In this document: in pieces, positions 25,961 through 34,587 of the stretch
Layout of the letters: each line of letters begins with the position of its first letter
Position numbering within the stretch: the first letter of the stretch is position 1
Origin: a virus
Direction: 5' to 3' (one strand)
Virus record (IMG/VR): IMGVR_UViG_3300027714_000005
Length of the DNA stretch: 64,000 nucleotides
Notes under the pieces: generated by a model
What the model was told of the DNA's origin: nothing
Database searches by the model: none
What the model saw: only the letters and a program-made list of their open reading frames with translations
Made by a program: the position numbers and the translations under genes

Positions 25961-28900
25961 ATGCCAAAGACATTTACATCCAACGTATTCTCTTCCTCTT
26001 ATAAGGATGATTTTACCGCTTCCGATAACTACCATCGAGTATTATTTAATAGCGGACGTGCTTTGCAAGCAAGGGAACTTACCCAATTGCAAACCATCAT
26101 CCAAGAAGAAATAGGGCGATTTGGTCGAAACATATTTAAAGAAGGTGCTGCGGTAAATCCTGGCGGCCCTACTATTACGAACGATTACGAGTTTGTCAAA
26201 CTAAACACTGCAACCTATTCACTTCCCAGTGACATAAGTACTCTAGTTGGTGTAACCCTTACGGGTGCAACTTCTTCGGTGCAAGCAAAGGTAATTGAAG
26301 TAGTTGTTGCAACTGGCAGTGACCCTGCAACGTTGTACGTACAATACATTAACACTTCTTCGGGTTTAGCTGGTGAGAACACAATTCGTTTAACTGCTAA
26401 CGAAGTACTAATTAATGCTTCTGGTTCGAATCTACAGATTGCGACTGCTGTCGGTACTGACCTCCCTATCGGTAGAGGTTGTAAGATTGCAAACGCATCG
26501 GGTGACTTCTTTACTCGTGGCCACTTCGTGTTCGCGACTGGTCAATCAATCATTCTGTCCAAGTACTCCAGATATCCTACTAAGGTTGTTGGTTTTAAAG
26601 TAACAGAAGACATTATCACTGTTTCTGATACCACTGATCTATACGACAATCAGGGTGCCACACCCAACCTGTCTTCGCCTGGCGCAGATAGATATCGTAT
26701 CCGACTCACACTAACCACTGAAGACCTAGTGGCAACAGACGAAAACTTTGTCTACTACTGTGATGTCGTAGATGGAAATATCGTTGATCAGGTAACTGGT
26801 GCTGACGATTATAACAAAATTGCAGACACACTTGCACGTAGAACTAGTGAAGAATCTGGTAACTACATTGTCAATCCATTCACTGTTGACTTTACTGACT
26901 CTGGTACTAATACCATTGCTACTATATCAGATGGTGTTGCATATGTCAATGGTTATCGTGGTGCAACCGAAAAACCTACTCCATTAACTATTGCTAAACC
27001 TCGCGAAACCGCAGTTGTTCCAAACGAAGTTGCTGGTATCTCTTATGGACAGTATTTCATATGTGACGATCTCAAGGGTAGATTAGACATTCGTACTAAT
27101 GAGACACTGAATTTATCTACATCAACAACCAACCCTGCCGCAAGTATTATTGGTACTGCGAGAATTCGTGCTGTAGAAGAAGATGGTTCGAACTTCCGTG
27201 TATACCTGTTCGACATTAAAATGAACAGTGGTCAAAACTTACGTAACATTAAGACTATTGGCACATCTACAATTAAACGTGCAATACCAGTCTTCGAGGG
27301 TGGTAAAGCGTTCATCAAAGAGTCTCGACAAACAAACTTGGTGTTTGGTTTACCAAACCCTCGTCCTAGAATCGTTAGTGACGTTGATTTCGAAGTTCAA
27401 CGAGTATTTGTTGAAACTGCCAGTGGTGGTGCGTTTACACTTAACCTTACTACTACCGGAGAAACATTCGTCAACACTTCTCAGTGGATTGTTGTTAAAG
27501 ACACTGACGGTGTAGTGGTCACCAATGCCACATTCGGTTCCGTAGGTACACAAAGTCTTACTGTTAGTAACTTAACCAATGTAGCACACACAGTATATGC
27601 AAAGGTAAATAAAGCAGCTCCTGCTGTTCGTCAGAAGACTCTTGTTACAACTACAAAGACTGCCGCAGTCGAATCTGATGGTGCTGGTATTTTGTTTGTT
27701 GGTTTAGATGTAACAGATATTCAAAGTGTTCAATCAGTAAAACAAACAAATGTTAACGGTGCGGACATCTCGCATCTATTCACATTAGATAACGGTCAAC
27801 GTGCCGGTTACTATGACAATGGTCGTATGTTACTTGAGACTGGTGCAAGTGCACCGTCTGGTAATGTCTATGTTGGATTCAAACACTTCACCCACGGTGC
27901 GGGTGATTTCTTTGCCGTAAACTCCTATATTGGTCAGGTTAATTACGAAGACATCCCAACCTTCAATACTGGTATACGTAACGGTACTGTTAATCTACGT
28001 GATGTAATTGATTTCCGCAATGGTGTTAACGCTAGTGGTGTGTTCACAAATACTACTGCAACAGAGATTCCTACAAACGGAGACATCTTCCAAGCAGACG
28101 TAGAATACTACCTACCTCGTGCGGATAAGGTTGTTGTTACCAATCAAGGTGAAGTTAAGAACATTATGGGTGAAGCCGGTTTCGGTTCGATGGTTCCTGC
28201 TACACCAGAGAACACATTAGCACTATTCCAGTTGCAACACAATGCATATGGTCTAAATGATTCTGATGTTGTTGTTGTACCATTTAAAGCAAAACGATTC
28301 ACTATGGGTGACATCTCCAGACTGGAAGATAGAATCGATAAAATCGAAGAAGCAACTTCATTGAGTCTTCTTGAACTCGAAACCGCTTCACTACTAGTAT
28401 TAGATAGTGACGGTAACCCAAGAACTAAGTCGGGATTCTTTGTTGATAACTTCTCAAGTAGATCATTCTCTGATGCTGATAACGTTGAGTATCGTGCTGC
28501 CATCGACCCCTCAAGAGGATTCTTATCAGTACCCACTCTAGAAGATGATGTAATCCTTGCATATGATTCCTCTAAGTCAACTAACACTATCATGAAAGGT
28601 GATACTGTTTACTTGAACTATACGGACTCTGCAACTATTACACAGACCTTAGTAACTGGTACTGAGAACGTCAACCCATTTGCAGTTATTACTGGTGAGG
28701 GTAACATTACGTTATCTCCAGCAACTGATAACTGGTTCCAGACAAAGTACGCCCCAGCAAACATAATTAATGCTACCAAAACTGAGAATGTTAATGTTAA
28801 TCTAGGTAATATCCAAAGTAATATCATTACGCAAGAATTACCAGATGCAAATAAATGGAAGTGGGATATAGGTAACTCGTGGACACCCGTTGCCGGTTTT

Positions 28901-31162
28901 GGTCAGATTCCAAATGAACTTCGTTCGGGTTGGAGAGGAACTCCTGCTTGGAACTGGAGAGGTGTACCTGCCGAAAGTACCAGAGTTGTGGATGTTGGTA
29001 ACAACAACGGTGGTCGTGCTGGCCAAGACTTCAACGTTGTTAGGTCTTTCTCCAACCGTATTGTTGTTGGTGAGAAGACTATACGTAAAGTCGTTGGTGA
29101 GAAGACTGTATCGTTGACATTCCTTCCCTTCATTCGTGCACGTAAAGTGTTCTTTAAGGCAGAAGGTTTACGTCCTCAGACACGATTCTTCCCATTCTTC
29201 GATGGTACTCCTGTTGCAGACTTCTGTAGAGAAGAGACATTTAAACGTTATGGCGCACTTGCAACAGACGTATCATACTCTAACGCAAACCGTAGAGCAA
29301 CTGCACACCCCCAAGGTGCGTCTAACCTTGAGACTGATGCTAACGGTGTTATTGAAGGTTCGTTCTTTATTCCTTCATCCGAAACCAAACGTTTCCGTGC
29401 TGGTACACGAGAGTTCAAACTCTTGGACATTAGTAAGAATGATGACGCAGCTGCGTTATCTCGTGCATCTTTCAACTATACCGCACAAGGTACTTTGGAT
29501 ACACGACAAGAGACTATTACCTCAACTCGTATCACACAGACTAGAACTCGTAGATGGACTACAACAACACGAGTTAAAGTAACTGACCCATTAGCACAGT
29601 CATTCTTTGTGACCAACCCTAGTGGTATCTTTGTAACTAAGATTCAGACTTACTTTAAGAGTAAGGACGCTACTGGTATTCCGATTCAGTTACAAATTCG
29701 TCCAATGGTTAATGGTCATCCAAGTTCGACTGAGATTCATGCTCAGTCTATTAAGTTCTTGAATTCCTCTGCGGTTGCTATACCGTCTGCACAGACACAA
29801 ACAGCAGTTACCGCTGCACCAACAACATTCGAGTTTGATGAACCAATCTTCTTGAATCCCGACACAGAGTATGCTATTGTTCTACTTGCGGAATCTATTG
29901 AGTATGAAGCATATGTTGCTGAAACATACGCATACGAATTAGGTTCTACCGAGAAGAGAATCTCTCGTCAACCTTCTATGGGTTCATTGTTTAAGTCACA
30001 GAACGGTACGACTTGGGAACCAGATCAGACTAAAGACCTTGCATTCAAAATCTTTACTGCTCAGTTTGTTTCTTCAGGTACTGCGGTGTTTGAGAACCGT
30101 GATGTAGAACCATCTGCACTGGAAAACAACCCAGTGTACATGAACGCTGCACATGGTGCTGACAGTGACCAAGTAACACTACTATGTTCTAACCACGGTT
30201 TCAACTTAGGTGACACGGTTACTGTATCTGGTCTAGTCCCCGCAACAACCTACAACGGTGTCAAAGGTTCGTCTATCAATGGTGCGAGAACGATTACTCG
30301 TGCAGATGGATTTGGTGTCAGATTCAATGCCGACTCGGCCGCAACCTCTTCAGGTAGATTTGGTGCAGAGTTGATCACAATCGATAAACAGATTCAATAT
30401 GATGTTGCGTCACCTAACATGACCACACTATTACCGGATGACACTACACTTACTTACCAAACTAAGTTAACTTCTGGTAAGTCACTTGCAGCGGTATCTG
30501 GTAGTCAGGTTAAGTATGCTAGGGATACTGCGTACTCAAGTGAAGTTGTTATCGGAGATGAGAACTACTTCGCAACTCCACGATTGGTTGCTAACGCTGC
30601 AAACGAAACTGCTGAACTGGGTTCGGGTGAACGGTCTGTATCTGTCAAGGTTGCGATGGCAACGACACGTTCTGCGGTATCTCCGATCATCGATACACAG
30701 GGTGCGTCACTATCAACGGAATCGAATCAGATTGATAATCAGGTTGCCAGTGGTACTGAGAATGGTGTCAACATCCCATTGACTTACTCTGCGGAAACTA
30801 ATGCGTTCGGTGGTTCTTCACTTGCCAAACATATGAGTACTGTTGCAACACTAGACTCCCATGCTGTTGGTATGAAAGTACTACTTGCCGCAATAAGACC
30901 TTCCGGTAGTCACATCGATGTTTACTTCAGAACAGGTACTGAAGGTACTGATATCTATAGTACTTCATGGATACTAGCTTCACAAGAAACGACTGTTGCA
31001 CCCGATGATAGAAACTTCCGTGAGTATCGTTACATGATTGGTGGTGATACCGGAACAATAGATGCATTCACTGAGTATCAATTCAAGATTGTATTCCGTG
31101 GTAATAACTCATCCAAGGTTCCGTTCATACGAGACTTTAGAGCTATTGCGATGGCAACATAA
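25961..31162 (+). CDS. large virion structural protein (DUF4815/VrlC-like)
   Basis: Y.DDF....NY.RVLF..GR.LQARELTQLQ, PGADRY, ARRT.EESGNY, KSGFFVDNF, DPLAQSF, GSLFKSQN..TW. Confidence 0.88.
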   Translation: MPKTFTSNVFSSSYKDDFTASDNYHRVLFNSGRALQARELTQLQTIIQEEIGRFGRNIFKEGAAVNPGGPTITNDYEFVKLNTATYSLPSDISTLVGVTLTGATSSVQAKVIEVVVATGSDPATLYVQYINTSSGLAGENTIRLTANEVLINASGSNLQIATAVGTDLPIGRGCKIANASGDFFTRGHFVFATGQSIILSKYSRYPTKVVGFKVTEDIITVSDTTDLYDNQGATPNLSSPGADRYRIRLTLTTEDLVATDENFVYYCDVVDGNIVDQVTGADDYNKIADTLARRTSEESGNYIVNPFTVDFTDSGTNTIATISDGVAYVNGYRGATEKPTPLTIAKPRETAVVPNEVAGISYGQYFICDDLKGRLDIRTNETLNLSTSTTNPAASIIGTARIRAVEEDGSNFRVYLFDIKMNSGQNLRNIKTIGTSTIKRAIPVFEGGKAFIKESRQTNLVFGLPNPRPRIVSDVDFEVQRVFVETASGGAFTLNLTTTGETFVNTSQWIVVKDTDGVVVTNATFGSVGTQSLTVSNLTNVAHTVYAKVNKAAPAVRQKTLVTTTKTAAVESDGAGILFVGLDVTDIQSVQSVKQTNVNGADISHLFTLDNGQRAGYYDNGRMLLETGASAPSGNVYVGFKHFTHGAGDFFAVNSYIGQVNYEDIPTFNTGIRNGTVNLRDVIDFRNGVNASGVFTNTTATEIPTNGDIFQADVEYYLPRADKVVVTNQGEVKNIMGEAGFGSMVPATPENTLALFQLQHNAYGLNDSDVVVVPFKAKRFTMGDISRLEDRIDKIEEATSLSLLELETASLLVLDSDGNPRTKSGFFVDNFSSRSFSDADNVEYRAAIDPSRGFLSVPTLEDDVILAYDSSKSTNTIMKGDTVYLNYTDSATITQTLVTGTENVNPFAVITGEGNITLSPATDNWFQTKYAPANIINATKTENVNVNLGNIQSNIITQELPDANKWKWDIGNSWTPVAGFGQIPNELRSGWRGTPAWNWRGVPAESTRVVDVGNNNGGRAGQDFNVVRSFSNRIVVGEKTIRKVVGEKTVSLTFLPFIRARKVFFKAEGLRPQTRFFPFFDGTPVADFCREETFKRYGALATDVSYSNANRRATAHPQGASNLETDANGVIEGSFFIPSSETKRFRAGTREFKLLDISKNDDAAALSRASFNYTAQGTLDTRQETITSTRITQTRTRRWTTTTRVKVTDPLAQSFFVTNPSGIFVTKIQTYFKSKDATGIPIQLQIRPMVNGHPSSTEIHAQSIKFLNSSAVAIPSAQTQTAVTAAPTTFEFDEPIFLNPDTEYAIVLLAESIEYEAYVAETYAYELGSTEKRISRQPSMGSLFKSQNGTTWEPDQTKDLAFKIFTAQFVSSGTAVFENRDVEPSALENNPVYMNAAHGADSDQVTLLCSNHGFNLGDTVTVSGLVPATTYNGVKGSSINGARTITRADGFGVRFNADSAATSSGRFGAELITIDKQIQYDVASPNMTTLLPDDTTLTYQTKLTSGKSLAAVSGSQVKYARDTAYSSEVVIGDENYFATPRLVANAANETAELGSGERSVSVKVAMATTRSAVSPIIDTQGASLSTESNQIDNQVASGTENGVNIPLTYSAETNAFGGSSLAKHMSTVATLDSHAVGMKVLLAAIRPSGSHIDVYFRTGTEGTDIYSTSWILASQETTVAPDDRNFREYRYMIGGDTGTIDAFTEYQFKIVFRGNNSSKVPFIRDFRAIAMAT

Positions 31163-31371
31163 TGGCATCTAGACTAATTAATGTCGCAGGAAACCCGAAT
31201 TTGGCAAGATGTCCAAGTTCGGGTGCTATTATTAATATAAATAAAGATGAGATAGAAAAATCACGTGCATTGAAGAGTGCTAGACAAAACAAAGATAAAG
31301 AGTTCCGTGAGTTGAGACAAGATGTCAATGACCTGAAAGAACTCCTCAATAAACTGGTAGAGAAACTGTAA
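31162..31371 (+). CDS. small virion-module protein
   Basis: V.G...L.R...SGAIIN followed by a coiled coil; coupled to both neighbours. Confidence 0.75.
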   Translation: MASRLINVAGNPNLARCPSSGAIININKDEIEKSRALKSARQNKDKEFRELRQDVNDLKELLNKLVEKL

Positions 31372-32456
31372 TGGCAAATAAACCGACAATTACTGATATT
31401 CAGGATACGTTTACCACATTAGTATCCAACCTAAACATCATCTCGTTGGATTTGGGTGCTGCGGGTCGATTAAACACAAGCGAAGATTCCGACCACACTT
31501 CTGCTATCAATGAGTTAGAACTTGGTATTCGTGGTACATCAAATAACCTAGTCGCAGTAGACCTTGCAGACTTTACCGCAAACAACATCGTATCTGCACT
31601 ACATGAAATTGATAGTGACCTTCACGGTGCTGGTGGTGGTAACGCAAAGGCAGACTTGACAACCAATGCGAATGATATTGTATCAGGTGTTAATGAACTT
31701 GAATTGGGTATCAGGGGAACTAATAACGGACTGGTTGCATCTATCCTATCAACTACCGCAAATGACCTAGTATTGGCCATTGGTGAACTTGATAGTGACA
31801 TTGGTGCAAGACCACACACAACTCTTACAACTAGTTCGAAGAATCTTACTGCTGCGGTCAATGAACATGATGCAGAGTTGGGTACGATCACTGCGGTTGC
31901 GATGGGTACAACTGCCTCTACGGTATCAACCGCAATTAAAGAACTAGAAATAGAGATTGATACACTCAATACCTTTGTTGAACCTACACAGTCATTGACC
32001 ACTACTGCGGGTACTGTTGCGGATGCGATCAACGAACACGATGCAGAGATTGGTTCTGCATCTCTCAATACCTCTGCGACCACACTACGTGGTGCAATCA
32101 ACGAGTTACATACCGAGGTTGGTTCTGCAATTGGTAGTACACACAACACTACCACTGGTAATATTGGTGCATCTCTCAACTCCCTAGATAGTGCTGTAGG
32201 TAACCTTGCTGATTTAAGTACAGACATCACTGCGAGTGGACATGGTAACATTGTCGGTGCATTGAATGTTATGCAAGCAGATATTGAAGCACTTGATAGC
32301 AGTAATATCGCTTCAAACCAAGCATTGGGTTCACTAAACCTATTAGATTCTGATGGATTTGTTAATTCAGAAAGAACGAATTTTGTAAATGCCCTAAACG
32401 CGCTGAGAGCGGACATTCCACTCATCTACAACGCTAGCGGAACTCAACTCAATTAA
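31371..32456 (+). CDS. segmented coiled-coil fibre (whisker/fibritin-like)
   Basis: About a dozen L.T.A..LV.A(I/V)NE(L/H) repeats; TF..LV..LN at the N-terminus. Confidence 0.7.
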   Translation: MANKPTITDIQDTFTTLVSNLNIISLDLGAAGRLNTSEDSDHTSAINELELGIRGTSNNLVAVDLADFTANNIVSALHEIDSDLHGAGGGNAKADLTTNANDIVSGVNELELGIRGTNNGLVASILSTTANDLVLAIGELDSDIGARPHTTLTTSSKNLTAAVNEHDAELGTITAVAMGTTASTVSTAIKELEIEIDTLNTFVEPTQSLTTTAGTVADAINEHDAEIGSASLNTSATTLRGAINELHTEVGSAIGSTHNTTTGNIGASLNSLDSAVGNLADLSTDITASGHGNIVGALNVMQADIEALDSSNIASNQALGSLNLLDSDGFVNSERTNFVNALNALRADIPLIYNASGTQLN

Positions 32457-32474
32457 TCGGAGTATAGTGACACC

Positions 32475-34577
32475 ATGAGTAGTGTTCCATTAAAATTAAA
32501 AGACACCGCAGACTTCCAAGAAATAACTACCTCAGAAGAGAACTATCTTGCTTATCAGGTAGGTCTGGGTTTTGCGGCACTCGATAGTTCATCTGTAAAT
32601 CAGTTGGGTGTAAACCTGTCTGGTGACAATCGTACTGTAGGAACCTTTACTGATACTTCCTACGATTCGGCTATCGGAACTCATACTAATCTTCTTTCGA
32701 CAACAAGTATATCCACGGTAATTCGACAGAAGGCTGGTACTGCCACTATCTCTGGTAACGACTATCGTGTTCTAGTATCACAGAGAGATAGTGACGGTCA
32801 ACGAATTGTTCAGGAAATGGACGATACCAAACTGAATGTCCTTCTAGATAGAATCAATTCACGAATCTATACGTCAGATTATCCCGGCACTTACAAACTT
32901 GCAACGTCTGCCCCCAGTGGAGATTACTCAGTAAATCTTGCTAATGTAATGACAGATACAAGAACTGACGGACATTCTCTTCAGTACAACATCTATCAAA
33001 GAAATACCATGACCGCACCAACAACGGTTCGTCCGTTTGCGATTAAACGGTCTAGTGGTCAAACGGGTACGTATCAAGGTCTTCAGGAAATGACTGATGG
33101 CCAGATTAAATACTCACTTGGTATTAAAGCAAGGAATCGTACTTCCTCAACTGCGAACTCTGTTGGTACATACAAAATACTGAGTTCTTCTACAGGAACC
33201 CCAACTAATGCGGGATTCGCTGGTACGTGGCAAGCAAAGGGTACTGCAACAGATACACGTCAAACTGTTAGTAATGTTAACTATACCCGTACCCGTAACT
33301 CGACATATTCACGACTAAGAACTTCTACCTATAGTGCAAACTATACTAGAAACCGCAGTAGTACATTCCTAAGAAATTCTACTACTACTCGTTCGAGTAC
33401 ATTTTCTGCCACATATGTAACAACACGAACAAGTTCTTACTCTCCATCATTTGTTGGGGATTACATTGGTAATTTTACTACAACTACTGCGAACACTTAC
33501 ACTCGCACACGGGCATCAACACTTGATTTCCTAAGAACCAGTACGGCCGGTTATACTGGTAATTATGCCCGTTTATTAGAATTCACTGGTAATTTCATTG
33601 GTAACTACACTGGTAACTATCTGGGTCAAAACTTTGGTCGATCTTTTTATAGAACACTATATGTAAGTGTTGACCAAGAGACATTTTCCTACTCAAGTTT
33701 CTATGCCGCTGACTACTCAAGAAATCGTATTACAGACTCTACGGTTACCTCAACACGGACGAGCACATACACTAGAGCAACTGGTGGGTCTTTCACCGGC
33801 AACTACTCAAGTCAAGCTTATTATTTAGGTAACTATGTTGGTAATGTTAGTACAACTAGTACACGTACCAGTCAAAGGGTCACTGCTAACAATTTCGCAA
33901 GAAACTTTGCTGGTAACTACGCAAGAAACTTTGTGGCAGGGTATTCTCGAAGTTTTGCTAGAGACTTTATTGGTACATCAACAACCACCTTTACAGGTAA
34001 CTTTACTGGCGACTTTACTGGTGATTACACTGGCGACTTTGTTGGTAACTTTATTGGTAACTATACAGGTGTTCGAACATATACGGTAAGACGTGCCACA
34101 TACCATGCAAAAAGTGGTAGTGCATTTTACTATACTAGACAATCTACATCGGCACCGACCGACTTTCAACGAGATCGCACCGTAAATAGAACAGCAAATT
34201 CTACAAGAACATCTACGGCCGCTTTCGCACGGAATCGGACAGTTTATTTTACTGGCAACTATGCTCGAAACTTCACTTCCACATTTACAGGTAACTACTC
34301 AAGAAACTTTGCTCGTACTCGTTCAAGTAACTTTACGGGAGCATCTTCATTTACAAGAGACTTTGTTGGTAACTATCTAGGTAACTATTCCAGAGTATTT
34401 AGCGCAAACTATGCAGGTAATTATTCACGAAACTTTGCGGGTAACTACACTGGTAACTATAATAGAAACTTCATCGGGGATTATGCTAGAACCTTTACAG
34501 GTAACTATGCTAGTACAACCATTGGGTCAGGTAACGAAAACATAGAGACCTACACCATGTACGTAAGAATTGTATAA
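32475..34577 (+). CDS. repeat-rich late protein A (700 aa): globular N-domain plus GN[YF]/RTR tetrad repeats
   Basis: N-domain paralogous to 34588..37026; GGAG RBS; about 410 aa of 4-residue periodic repeats. Confidence 0.85.
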   Translation: MSSVPLKLKDTADFQEITTSEENYLAYQVGLGFAALDSSSVNQLGVNLSGDNRTVGTFTDTSYDSAIGTHTNLLSTTSISTVIRQKAGTATISGNDYRVLVSQRDSDGQRIVQEMDDTKLNVLLDRINSRIYTSDYPGTYKLATSAPSGDYSVNLANVMTDTRTDGHSLQYNIYQRNTMTAPTTVRPFAIKRSSGQTGTYQGLQEMTDGQIKYSLGIKARNRTSSTANSVGTYKILSSSTGTPTNAGFAGTWQAKGTATDTRQTVSNVNYTRTRNSTYSRLRTSTYSANYTRNRSSTFLRNSTTTRSSTFSATYVTTRTSSYSPSFVGDYIGNFTTTTANTYTRTRASTLDFLRTSTAGYTGNYARLLEFTGNFIGNYTGNYLGQNFGRSFYRTLYVSVDQETFSYSSFYAADYSRNRITDSTVTSTRTSTYTRATGGSFTGNYSSQAYYLGNYVGNVSTTSTRTSQRVTANNFARNFAGNYARNFVAGYSRSFARDFIGTSTTTFTGNFTGDFTGDYTGDFVGNFIGNYTGVRTYTVRRATYHAKSGSAFYYTRQSTSAPTDFQRDRTVNRTANSTRTSTAAFARNRTVYFTGNYARNFTSTFTGNYSRNFARTRSSNFTGASSFTRDFVGNYLGNYSRVFSANYAGNYSRNFAGNYTGNYNRNFIGDYARTFTGNYASTTIGSGNENIETYTMYVRIV

Positions 34578-34580
34578 ATA
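34573..34580 (+). promoter_or_regulatory. late promoter TATAAATA
   Basis: Overlaps the stop of protein A, upstream of protein B. Confidence 0.75.
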
Positions 34581-34587
34581 GGATGAT

